A stretch of 38,754 nucleotides of DNA from a virus (taxonomy: Duplodnaviria > Caudoviricetes): the IMG/VR virus record IMGVR_UViG_3300025277_000054, positions 1 through 38,754 of that record. One strand, written 5' to 3'. The position numbers and the translations under genes are program-made. The notes beneath the pieces were generated by a model. It was not told the origin of the DNA. It saw nothing but the letters and a program-made list of their open reading frames with translations, and did not search any database. Shown here one piece after another: positions 16,424 through 24,871 of this stretch (within the stretch, counting starts at the first letter, position 1; each line of letters starts with the position of its first letter).

Positions 16424-17742
16424 ACAAACGCCCGCTTGGGATACTCGATCGGGTCTGCCCAGCGGGCCGATCTCGGGGTAACAATAGCGCCATACCTGAG
16501 TGCATCCGCCGCATGTGACGTCCAGTCATGCCTCGGACGGTTCTTATATATCTTGCGCGTCTCGTCCCACTGTTTACGATACTGCTTCAGCGCCCTGATG
16601 CCCTGATCGCACTTTTCTTCATCAAACCAGCAGCGCGGCAGCAGATTGCGCACCTGCTCGATGCCGTCCGCCCGCTTGAGATTAGGGGCGATGTCAGGCA
16701 CCACACCCAGCTCTTCCAAAACCTCAAGCCGTGACTTGCCGGTGCCGATCTCATGCACCTTCACGTCGTGCGGAAAAATATGCCGGGAATAGGTATAGCC
16801 GCGTCCGCCGTTCTCCTTGCTCCGCGCATACTCTTCCAACAACGAAACGTAATGCGGCAACCCCTCGCCCGAGTTCTCATAGTACGAAATCAGATGCACC
16901 GCGCCGCCAACACGCTGCGCAAACCAGACGCTGGTGGCGTCCGCAAAGCCGAGATCGAAGAAAGTCTCCACCTTCGAGTTCGGATCAAACGGCACCCTGC
17001 CGATGCGACCTTCCAGCTCAGCCTCTTCCATCTGTGAGCCATAATAGGCGTCTTCAAGCGCCGCATCGAAGGAGCATTCATACTCCTGCGAAAATTGCGG
17101 CTTCGACATCTGCTTGGCCGCATCCGCCAACTCATACTCGTCAACCACGCCAGTCTCGGACGCCTTGTGAATACACCAGTGCCAGTCCTCGTTCCCAGCC
17201 CGCACTTCGGTCTTGGCCTCTTCAAACTTGTCGTAAAACAGGTTCTGGCCGCGCGGCGTGCCAATCCAGACCGCCGACCCCTTGCGGTCAGACAGGGCCG
17301 GTCGCACGACCTCGGGGAACAGCCTCGGGTTCATGTCGGCATACTCGTCAAGCACGACATGGTCGAGATAAATGCCACGCAAGGTGTCAGGATTATCGGC
17401 ACCCAACAGCATCAGACGCACAAAATCCTTCTGCCCGTTCTGCAACACGCGCGGCATGTCAATGCGCAGCTCCGACTCATGAAAGCGCACACCGCCAAAA
17501 CCGGCACACATCTCCTTCGCATACTCCCAGGCGGCGCGCTTGGCCTGCCCATAAGTCGGCGCAATATAGGCCACCTGTGGGCGATGAAGCGGCGTCCACA
17601 ATCCGGTCTGCACCGCATCGGCAACCGCCATCACAGTCTTGCCGAACCGGCGATGGCAGACCGCAACGGTGAAGCGCTTCCGCGCCTGGTGGAACTCGGC
17701 TTGAAGAGGACGCGGCTCGTAAGGTAAGCTTACATTCGCAAT
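16420..17742 (-). CDS. terL: Terminase large subunit (probable ATT start, 440 aa)
   Basis: Walker A HRRFGKT lies upstream of the called GTG; LRGIYLD..VLDEYA, IGTPRG, DLGFAD and SHAADALRY; AGGAG 9 nt before ATT at 17742. Confidence 0.92.
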   Translation of the reverse strand: MANVSLPYEPRPLQAEFHQARKRFTVAVCHRRFGKTVMAVADAVQTGLWTPLHRPQVAYIAPTYGQAKRAAWEYAKEMCAGFGGVRFHESELRIDMPRVLQNGQKDFVRLMLLGADNPDTLRGIYLDHVVLDEYADMNPRLFPEVVRPALSDRKGSAVWIGTPRGQNLFYDKFEEAKTEVRAGNEDWHWCIHKASETGVVDEYELADAAKQMSKPQFSQEYECSFDAALEDAYYGSQMEEAELEGRIGRVPFDPNSKVETFFDLGFADATSVWFAQRVGGAVHLISYYENSGEGLPHYVSLLEEYARSKENGGRGYTYSRHIFPHDVKVHEIGTGKSRLEVLEELGVVPDIAPNLKRADGIEQVRNLLPRCWFDEEKCDQGIRALKQYRKQWDETRKIYKNRPRHDWTSHAADALRYGAIVTPRSARWADPIEYPKRAFV

Positions 17743-17783
17743 CGAAAGGAACTCCTATGAATGCCATGAAAATTGGGGGAGGT

Positions 17784-17930
17784 ATGAGTAAACGTAGCGA
17801 TTCAGTGCAATACGCAGAGCAGCTAGAGGCTCACATCGACGCAGGTGGCTCCTATACCACCGCCAACGTCCGCGACTTGATCGAGATGATCAAATCACAC
17901 GACAGTCTGCCGGAGAAAGTCGAGGGCTAA
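17784..17930 (+). CDS. Hypothetical 48-aa protein
   Basis: GGAGGT RBS; MSKRSDSVQYAEQLEAHIDAGGSYTTANVRDLIEMIKSHDSLPEKVEG. Confidence 0.55.
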   Translation: MSKRSDSVQYAEQLEAHIDAGGSYTTANVRDLIEMIKSHDSLPEKVEG

Positions 17931-17934
17931 CGCA

Positions 17935-18190
17935 ATGATGATAACCAAAACAAGAGATATGACCCTGATCAGACAAAGCCCACTCACGATCCTGGCGTGG
18001 CGCGACGACTACCTGCGCCGCGGCGGGGTAAACTTCGCCGTGAACAAACACATCTTAACAATCCATGAACCACTGTGGTTCGCTCGCCTGCGTTTCAATA
18101 TGCCATATAATTTGCTGCGAATGCGAACGTGGCTAAATCCGTTTCCGGTGTTTTTCGTGGTCGCCAGCACAGACTGCGACCACGTTCACA
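17935..18190 (+). pseudogene. 5' half of a phage gene interrupted by the capH/capP fragment
   Basis: Reads ...VVASTDCDHV then runs into promoter DNA; a plausible 3' half lies at 19145-19327. Confidence 0.5.
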
Positions 18191-18233
18191 CCACGAATGA
18201 ACGCTTGTCAAGCACCAACGATAACGCTATACC
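18183..18233 (+). promoter_or_regulatory. capH promoter with an operator-like inverted repeat
   Basis: TTGTCA (18205)-17 nt-TATACC (18228); CGTTCA-N9-TGAACG at 18183-18203; TTGACA on the minus strand at 18206-18211. Confidence 0.6.
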
Positions 18234-18268
18234 GAACCTGCGTATTGCAGCGAAAATCGGGAGGAACG

Positions 18269-18592
18269 ATGCCAACGCCACTCGGGGAACGAATTCGGGA
18301 ACGGCGTTTGAAGACGGGGCTTACACTCGAACAGCTTGCCGACGCGATCGGGTCCAGCAAGAGTTACATGTGGGAATTGGAGAACAAGGATGTGGCCCGC
18401 CCGTCCGCTGAAAAGTTGCAAGCCATAGCTCAGGCGCTTGATACCACGATGGATTATTTATTAACTGCGGAGGACGTCACCGAGGCGGACGCCTCCGACA
18501 GGGAGTTTTTTCGCAAATACAAAGGAATGCCCGACAAGACCAAAAAGAAACTTCAGGGCATGCTTAAACTGCTGGATGAAGACGACGAATGA
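18269..18592 (+). CDS. capH: XRE-family HTH repressor, CapH-like
   Basis: LGERIRERR..GLTLEQLA..IGSSKSYMWELENK..RPSAEKL, C-terminal FFRKY oligomerisation segment, GGAGG RBS, and coupling to an IrrE-type peptidase. Confidence 0.8.
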   Translation: MPTPLGERIRERRLKTGLTLEQLADAIGSSKSYMWELENKDVARPSAEKLQAIAQALDTTMDYLLTAEDVTEADASDREFFRKYKGMPDKTKKKLQGMLKLLDEDDE

Positions 18593-19191
18593 CGGAGACC
18601 GACCGGAAATCCCCGAAGAAAGCCGCCAACGATTTGTCCGTTGTGCTCCGTGCCGCGTTAGGGGAGGACCGGTTCCCGGTTGACGTCGAGGCGCTGGCCT
18701 TCGAAATGTCGAAAAACTTCGACGATCCGATCACCAAGATCAAGGGCGTCGAAATCGATGGTTTCGAAGGGATGCTGCGCGCGAACCGGAAAAAGCCAAG
18801 CTGGCAGATTCTCTACAACACGGCGACGGATTACCCGGGTCGAGAGCGATTCACCCTCGCGCACGAGTTCGGGCATTACGTCCTTCACCGGCACCCGCTC
18901 CAGGCCGCCGACTGCGCGGGCGAGGTCTTGGCTGACGGCTTCGATTTCGCATGCCTTCCCCTTCAGGCCAACGAATGGAAGGACGTGGAAAAGGAGCGCG
19001 AGGAGGAGGCCGATACCTTCGCCTCCTATCTGTTGATGCCGATCGACGATTATCGCGAGCAGGTCGCCGGCGAGGACATGACGCTCGATCTTCTGAGCCA
19101 TGTCAGAAAACGCTACGGCGTTTCCTTGTTAGCTGCGGTGCGCAACATGCAGAGCCAGCAGCGGTCGCGCGTTCCTGCAAATGCAAGATGA
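18589..19191 (+). pseudogene. capP: ImmA/IrrE-family Zn metallopeptidase, CapP-like, C-terminally truncated
   Basis: DRFPVDV, GRERFTLAHEFGHYVLHR (HExxH), EEEADTFASYLLMP and RYGVSL; ends about 15 aa later with no GAF-sized domain. Confidence 0.75.
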
Positions 19192-19327
19192 TATATATCA
19201 AAGTGCCGAGGGGCCGACCCATATCTCGGTCTGCACCAAAGACGAATACGAGATGTTCGAACCAACCTGGCGTGACTACAATCTGGAAGCCTTCGAAAAC
19301 GGACACCCGTATTCACCGCGCCGCTAA
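19145..19327 (+). pseudogene. 3' half of the interrupted phage gene
   Basis: Open frame TCRASSGRAFLQMQDDIYQSAEGPTHISVC...WRDYNLEAFENGHPYSPRR begins where CapP similarity stops. Confidence 0.5.
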
Positions 19328-19351
19328 GCGCTCCCGCACCAGCACGCAAAT

Positions 19352-19690
19352 TCATTCCGCGCCGTGATGTTTGCCGTTGTGCAAGGTTTTCAAATATGCG
19401 ATTTCGCGCTCAGAATTGTCCAAACGCACCAAAATCGTAGCGAGCTCCCGAGCGGCTATTTCTCGCTTGTCAGGACTTAGCATCCCAGAAATTATTTCCA
19501 GCGACTGATGCGCTGTGCTAACGCGGACCTCCCCTTTATCGACGCGAATATCTACCGTTCTGAGGCGCTTTTCCACATCCTGGAGTTGCTCCACCACAGT
19601 CAAAAGTTTTTGTCTGACGATAATAAACGCGCTCACGACGCTCACCAACATCCCCGCGATTGTCAACAGCATCCTGAGGTCGAGTTCCAC
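19352..19690 (-). CDS. Membrane-anchored coiled-coil protein
   Basis: N-terminal TM, coiled coil and C-terminal HNGKH. Confidence 0.65.
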   Translation of the reverse strand: MELDLRMLLTIAGMLVSVVSAFIIVRQKLLTVVEQLQDVEKRLRTVDIRVDKGEVRVSTAHQSLEIISGMLSPDKREIAARELATILVRLDNSEREIAYLKTLHNGKHHGAE

Positions 19691-19865
19691 TTAACAAAAT
19701 TCCCAACTATAAACAGGAGCTGCTTCACCAAGTTTTCGCTGGAGACAAACAAGGGGTGTCTTAATGCCATCACAACAGGCGAACCCGATCGGGACGACGC
19801 GGCCGCCCCCGGCCTCGACCTGACCGACGACCGCCCAGGTCAAAAGCATGCTTTTTCGACCAAAT

Positions 19866-19886
19866 CTGTCACACTTTCGTCACACT
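19866..19886. repeat. Integrase arm-type tandem repeat, ectopic copy
   Basis: ctgtcacactttcgtcacac matches the repeats at 29841-29860 and 30061-30080. Confidence 0.75.
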
Positions 19887-19960
19887 CGACCGATCGAGCG
19901 ACCGCAAACCCGCAGCCTGCCTCGTTTTTGAGGTCGAGGAACACTTGATGTCAAATCAAG

Positions 19961-20422
19961 TCACCCTTTCGCTTTGGGCATGATCGGCACCAAGGTCGCA
20001 GTCAGCTCACCAGTGACGTGAGCCTCGATGCGGTCGCCATACCTCTTCGGAGCCAGCCTTGCAGCTGACCATTTGAGGCCATCCATAGCCACCCTGGCGC
20101 GGTTAGGGTCGAGATCGGGAGTTTCCAACACCTTTTCAGACAATTCGGCGACTCTTTCGCCAAATCTTTGGCCTCTTAGGTCCATAGCGCGCGCGTACTG
20201 TTCAAGTACGCCATCGTCTGCCTTTGACAACCAAGTGCAGATTGTGGTTGTGCTCGGCATGTGATTGTCATCGCAGATTGACCGCATGCTCTCGCCGTCT
20301 GCCGTGCGTCTAATAAACTCGAACATCTGAGCATCAGCAGTTTCCGGCTCAATGTGTTGCCCAGGCCGTCGTGCTGGCTGCACAACAACAGCCGTGTCAG
20401 TGGCACCATTCGCAGCCATCAT
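19961..20422 (-). CDS. terS: Terminase small subunit (Sf6 gp1-like HTH)
   Basis: ADGESMRSIC..MPSTTTICTWL, YARA and KWSAARLAPKRYGD; the start is likely ATG 20419 or 20422 after GAGG. Confidence 0.85.
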   Translation of the reverse strand: MMAANGATDTAVVVQPARRPGQHIEPETADAQMFEFIRRTADGESMRSICDDNHMPSTTTICTWLSKADDGVLEQYARAMDLRGQRFGERVAELSEKVLETPDLDPNRARVAMDGLKWSAARLAPKRYGDRIEAHVTGELTATLVPIMPKAKG

Positions 20423-20505
20423 CAACCTCGGAAAATTTGGGGAAGGGATTGTGGGCGCGTTCGCCCACGATGACTGAAAGTGTGTGAACGAGTGACACTC
20501 GAAAG

Positions 20506-20706
20506 TCAAGACTGCTGATCATCCAGCACCATTCGATCGAGTGGCAATCGGCTGACCAGATGCTTGGCCCGCTTCCGATAAATGGCTTTACGCCATTCTG
20601 GCGCATGCAGCCAAAGCGGTCGGTGAATACCGTCCGTTGGCGGCACGAAATCATATTCCGCTTCCGCCAGCAACTCTTCGATCCAGGCCCGATCCCGTTT
20701 TTTCAT
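20506..20706 (-). CDS. Hypothetical protein
   Basis: MKKRDRAWIEELL... begins right after the stop of the upstream gene. Confidence 0.5.
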   Translation of the reverse strand: MKKRDRAWIEELLAEAEYDFVPPTDGIHRPLWLHAPEWRKAIYRKRAKHLVSRLPLDRMVLDDQQS

Positions 20707-20707
20707 C

Positions 20708-21214
20708 TCAGACCCCGTAGTGATCCGCCAGCGCATCGAGCGCCATCCGCAGCACCGTGATGCCAGATCGCTTGTCATGATCGTGCATCACGGCCCACTC
20801 ACTTGCCGCTAAGTCCAGGCCCGCCACATGCACCACTATCGCCGCCAACGGTCCAACTGCGTCGAGTGCTTTTTTGACACTGCGCCTGGCGCGGACAACA
20901 TGCTGCTCAACTTCCCGCGACGACGAGGGAATCCGAACATCGTAGTTCGCCGCGACAGCAACACCACGGCACCCGATAAACCAAGCAGCCTGAAATCTTT
21001 CACCGGCGTCGTACTGGCGATAGCTAATTTCTTCTCGATTGTAGTATCGGTCGAGCTGGGTTTGGGTTGTGATGCGTGCCCGGTTAACGCCCGCCACCAT
21101 CGTTTCTTCAAGCTGGATTTCGTCATGTTGGCCTCGCTCTCTGGTTCCAAAATCCGATGGCTGCAATTGCTTGTTCTTTCGTTTCTTCGCCAACGCAATC
21201 CTCCGGTTTTTCAA
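20708..21214 (-). CDS. DUF6456-like putative late-gene regulator
   Basis: LDRY...ISYRQYDAGERF and LRMALDALADHYG; sits in the Q-like position before terS. Confidence 0.7.
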   Translation of the reverse strand: MKNRRIALAKKRKNKQLQPSDFGTRERGQHDEIQLEETMVAGVNRARITTQTQLDRYYNREEISYRQYDAGERFQAAWFIGCRGVAVAANYDVRIPSSSREVEQHVVRARRSVKKALDAVGPLAAIVVHVAGLDLAASEWAVMHDHDKRSGITVLRMALDALADHYGV

Positions 21215-21717
21215 AACGGGATGTCATCGCCCTCTTCCCAATCCATCGGCTCTTTGCCGTTTCCTTTGGGCCACTGACGTTTTTCAACCCGCACCTCTTC
21301 GAGCTGGTTGATGATGAGATCGACGATTTGGTCAGCGGTCCAGACCTCGACGCCTGGCTGTTTCGGCACCAGCGCCAGGTCAGCCACTTCTCGGATAATG
21401 GTGATGACCTCACCGGTCGGCGCGGTGAGCTGCCAGGCTGACCACGGCAGTGGCTTCTCCCCGGTTTCGACCGCAGCGTCATCCAGCACATGCCATGCCC
21501 TGAGCATGCCGTGGCTCTGCGCAACGATAGCCGGTTCGTCTTCCGCCATCAGCGCCTCATGATACAACCGCTGCTGTTTGAGGAACCGTGCTCTGAGATC
21601 GGCACTGACAATCATCGGCAGTCTGCCGCTGCCCCACTGTTCGTCCATTGCCTTTGCCAGCATTGTCACACATGCCTGCGCCAGGTGAGCCAGACTGGTT
21701 TGCGGTTTTTTCATCAT
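21211..21717 (-). CDS. Hypothetical protein downstream of the primase-helicase
   Basis: WGSGRLPMIVSADLRARF motif; DDIPF tail. Confidence 0.7.
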   Translation of the reverse strand: MMKKPQTSLAHLAQACVTMLAKAMDEQWGSGRLPMIVSADLRARFLKQQRLYHEALMAEDEPAIVAQSHGMLRAWHVLDDAAVETGEKPLPWSAWQLTAPTGEVITIIREVADLALVPKQPGVEVWTADQIVDLIINQLEEVRVEKRQWPKGNGKEPMDWEEGDDIPF

Positions 21718-21771
21718 GTCCCTTTGCGTCGGCTCGTGTGCTCAGATTGCCGCCGCCGCTTGAGGCGGCAA

Positions 21772-21943
21772 CTGTGGCACACAGAGCCAGGGGGTATGGG
21801 GGGGCTGTGTGCCGCAAATTCCGCACAAAGCGATTTGTGGTTTTTCAATATCTTACGCATGCCTGTTTCTCGCTGTGATCAGCTGTGTGGGAAGCTGTGT
21901 GCTATATGCATCAATCACTTACGCCCCCCTGTTTTGCTGTGTG
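21772..21943. repeat. Putative replication origin with GCTGTGTG iterons
   Basis: gctgtgtg at 21804, 21882, 21894 and 21936; inverted cacacag at 21778; IHF-like atcaatcactta at ~21910; located at the 3' end of the replication gene. Confidence 0.6.
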
Positions 21944-24033
21944 CGGAGTCCTTTTGCCTTGCTGCGGCTGTCGATCTGGTCCTCGATGAGGGTGCCATCG
22001 TTGAGCCATCGTCGGGTCAGCTGCTTGCTGATGCTGCGTGGCACGCTGTGCTCGGACATCAGATATTTGACCACGTAGCGGTCACGCCCCTGACTGTGGC
22101 CGCTAAATGGCTGGCCTGCATCCCAGGCCTTTTGGATGCCATCGAGCATGGGCCTGGTCACGGTGTAGCCGTAATCGTCCAGCGCACTTTCTGGCGGCTC
22201 CCAGGGCACCAGCACGCCGATGTCTTCGCCGAGGCCGTAGGGCATTGTCTGCGCTGTGCGTTCGAGCCAGCTGGCACCTTCCGGTGGCCTGAACTTGCCC
22301 TTGGCGTCGTCGTGCCGCAGATAGAGGTTGCGGTCGTCTTCATGGATGCCCCACTCGCTGGCTTCGGTCTTATTCATGTCGGTCATGGTGAAGAAGAAGT
22401 GTGCCTCTGATGCCATTGATCCGGCACCGCGAACGATGTCCATGTTGCCTGCGGTGTTGGTGCCGCCGGGCGGTGCCTTGCGTGTGTGGTGGATAAGGTG
22501 CAGTGCTGCATCGCCTGCCATCTCACGCAGCAGAACCATGACCTGGCTGATCTGCTCGTTGGAGTTTTCCGAGACGAAGTGGGACTGCACGAACGGGTCG
22601 ATGATCAGCAGGTCGATCCCGAGATCGGCGATCAGCTGTTTGAGTGTTATCAGGTCCGGCGTTTCCACAACTTGATCACGCACTGTCCTGGCAACTCTGA
22701 ATTTGCCGCCATCGACGCCCGAATGGATGAAGATGTTGGTTAGCACGGTGCCGTCGAGCGGCACGCCGAAGAACGTGCAGGTCGCCTCGATTCGGCGTTC
22801 GACCTCGTCTCTCGTTTCTTCGTTGTTCAGAATATAGACCTTGGCTGGCTCTGGCTTAACACCGAGCTTCATGAAGTCGAGGCCGGTTGCCACGCTGACC
22901 GCTTCCTGAATGCCGAAGGTCGATTTGCCGACGCCCGGCGCAGCGGCCGTCATCGAGATGTGAGAACGCATGTGGCGGAACGGCACCAGGTACTGCCTGC
23001 GACCGCGTGTCTCAAGCGCCAGCCTGGTCAGCGGCTGCGAATGGAAAGAGTGGCCGGGAGCGTCCACTGGCTCATCCAGCTGACCTTCTCTCCCGGCCTT
23101 GCCGAGCTGCGCACCTGTGGGGATCGCGGCCGACAATCCTTGTTGTTGCAAATATTCCTGTCGTTCCGGCGTCAGAATGTAGCGCACTTTTTCAAGCATC
23201 AGAGACTTGCCACGCTGGCCTGCTTCCAGCTCGATCTCGCTGCCCTCGACGCCTGCGAAGTAGATCGGCCAGCAATGGTCGAACAGTTCCTGTTCTGTGA
23301 GCGGGTGGCCGAGCCGCAGCACGCTGAGCGTGGCGTAGCTTTTCGCCACCACCTCGGCCATGTAGTTCTTGCGGCCGTTGGTGAGCAGGCCGAGGCTGCT
23401 GACGGCCTTGGTGGTGTTGATGGCCTGGATGAGGCCACCGTTCACTGGATCATCAACTTCCTGCAACACCAGGTCGAGCAGCCGCTGCGGGATGGCGGCG
23501 ATGCCGATCTCACCGATGCCGTGGCCTGCGCTCCAGGCGTACTCGTTGCCGCAGGCATGGATTGATGGCGGGGCCACGACCTGCCCGCCCTCGGCTCTGA
23601 TGTCGAGGCCGGGTCCGAGGCTGCTGGCAGAGTTGCGGATGCGGGCCACGGTGCCGATAGGTGCCTTGAAGTAATAATGGTCGCCACCGCTTCCGGTTTT
23701 GCAATGCACTGTGTCGGGCAGTTCCAGACCATTCATGATGAGGTTGCTCAAGCTCTCGTTGCCGCCGTCTCTCGGATCGACATCGAGCACCACCAGCTCA
23801 CCGCTGATCGCGCCGGTGACGATGCCCACGTTCAGCATGCTGCCCGAGCCTCGGAAGGCGACGGTCAGCTCGGCCACAGTGTTGCGGGTGGTCTGCCTGA
23901 TCTTCCACTTTCCGACCGGGTTCTTGTCACGTTCATGCACCGGGATGACCGACAGTCCGTTGCGCTCATATAGGAGTGATGCCTGGAGCACAGGGTTGTC
24001 GTCATCGTGCTCTGGCAGGTTCAACCGGCTCAT
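21919..24033 (-). CDS. Bifunctional DNA primase/polymerase fused to an AAA (RecA-like) helicase
   Basis: NVGIVTG, LVVLDVD, TGSGGDHYYF and GLDIRAEGGQVVAPPSIH; Walker A APGVGKST, LLIIDP and HHTRK. Confidence 0.9.
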   Translation of the reverse strand: MSRLNLPEHDDDNPVLQASLLYERNGLSVIPVHERDKNPVGKWKIRQTTRNTVAELTVAFRGSGSMLNVGIVTGAISGELVVLDVDPRDGGNESLSNLIMNGLELPDTVHCKTGSGGDHYYFKAPIGTVARIRNSASSLGPGLDIRAEGGQVVAPPSIHACGNEYAWSAGHGIGEIGIAAIPQRLLDLVLQEVDDPVNGGLIQAINTTKAVSSLGLLTNGRKNYMAEVVAKSYATLSVLRLGHPLTEQELFDHCWPIYFAGVEGSEIELEAGQRGKSLMLEKVRYILTPERQEYLQQQGLSAAIPTGAQLGKAGREGQLDEPVDAPGHSFHSQPLTRLALETRGRRQYLVPFRHMRSHISMTAAAPGVGKSTFGIQEAVSVATGLDFMKLGVKPEPAKVYILNNEETRDEVERRIEATCTFFGVPLDGTVLTNIFIHSGVDGGKFRVARTVRDQVVETPDLITLKQLIADLGIDLLIIDPFVQSHFVSENSNEQISQVMVLLREMAGDAALHLIHHTRKAPPGGTNTAGNMDIVRGAGSMASEAHFFFTMTDMNKTEASEWGIHEDDRNLYLRHDDAKGKFRPPEGASWLERTAQTMPYGLGEDIGVLVPWEPPESALDDYGYTVTRPMLDGIQKAWDAGQPFSGHSQGRDRYVVKYLMSEHSVPRSISKQLTRRWLNDGTLIEDQIDSRSKAKGLRTQQNRGA

Positions 24034-24035
24034 CC

Positions 24036-24647
24036 TTAGTCGTCGCGCAATTCTACTTTGAGCATTTCGGCGCGGTTTGGATGTTGCAACACCTTGATTG
24101 CTCTGGATTCAATTTGGCGTACACGTTCTCTATGGATGTTTAGATGCTCACCGATTTGCTCCAGTGTTTCGGGTTCTTCTCCGTCCAATCCCCAATGACG
24201 CTCCAGCACATACTTATCTCGTGGCCGCAGATCATCCAGTGCAGTAGTCAGCACCTTCTTCAGATCGGCGGATGCCATCGAGGCTTCTGGCGAGTTGTCA
24301 TATTCCAAAGCGGCAACGGCGCTGGTTGGCAGCGTCTTGATTTCATCGAGCGACATGCTCATCGTTACCACGTTTTTCTTCAGCGCCTGATGCAGATGCT
24401 GCTCTGGAAACAGGTCTTCAGGCAGATAGTGCAGGGCTAGGGCTACTCTTTGTGCCCCGATGCAGAACTGGCCGTCTTCATTGATTGGTGTTTTTTTGAA
24501 GTTGATGAGTGGCCCGACATCATTTGCATTTAGGTCGTGCGCTCTACAGAATTGTGCGATGGAGTCATAACCGGCATCCATTATCGCTTCATAGAGGATG
24601 TTGTTTTTCACCCTCATCTCGACACGGTAATCTTTGCGGTCAGTCAT
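24036..24647 (-). CDS. Sigma70 region-4 HTH protein
   Basis: RDKYVLERHWGLDGEEPETLEQIGEHLNIHRERVRQIESRAIKVLQHP resembles RpoD region 4; no region 2 visible. Confidence 0.8.
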   Translation of the reverse strand: MTDRKDYRVEMRVKNNILYEAIMDAGYDSIAQFCRAHDLNANDVGPLINFKKTPINEDGQFCIGAQRVALALHYLPEDLFPEQHLHQALKKNVVTMSMSLDEIKTLPTSAVAALEYDNSPEASMASADLKKVLTTALDDLRPRDKYVLERHWGLDGEEPETLEQIGEHLNIHRERVRQIESRAIKVLQHPNRAEMLKVELRDD

Positions 24648-24703
24648 CGGCTTTTTGCGGTTCGGTGATTGCCAGCCGGTCAGGTGCCGCGAGCAGCAAC
24701 GGT

Positions 24704-24871
24704 TCAGGTTGCTTTACGGAGCCTATCCAGAGTGCTGTCAGAAAGGCGCTTGCGAAAATCAAGATCGTGGGCATCGTTGAGACGGCGAAGCTCCTTCAGA
24801 ATGTCTCTTTGCAGTTTCAGTAGCAGCAGCAACACCATCAGTTGCAGAATCAGAACGATGATGATTGTCAC
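24704..24871 (-). CDS. Small membrane peptide (55 aa)
   Basis: GTGA overlap with the upstream stop; MTIIIVLILQLMVLLLLLKLQRD... Confidence 0.4.
   Translation of the reverse strand: MTIIIVLILQLMVLLLLLKLQRDILKELRRLNDAHDLDFRKRLSDSTLDRLRKAT

Noticed and set aside
16731-17727. Long plus-strand ORFs (313 and 210 aa)
   Set aside because: Antisense shadows of terL with no motifs and Arg/Pro-rich composition
17935-18411. Intact 158-aa protein from the ORF track
   Set aside because: Its second half runs through the capH promoter and out of frame through capH; better explained as an interrupted gene
21772-21943. CRISPR or mini-array
   Set aside because: Repeats are only 8 nt and irregularly spaced; the Cas4-like nuclease is a standard phage exonuclease
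21490-23565. Plus-strand ORFs of 306 and 201 aa
   Set aside because: Antisense shadows of the primase-helicase
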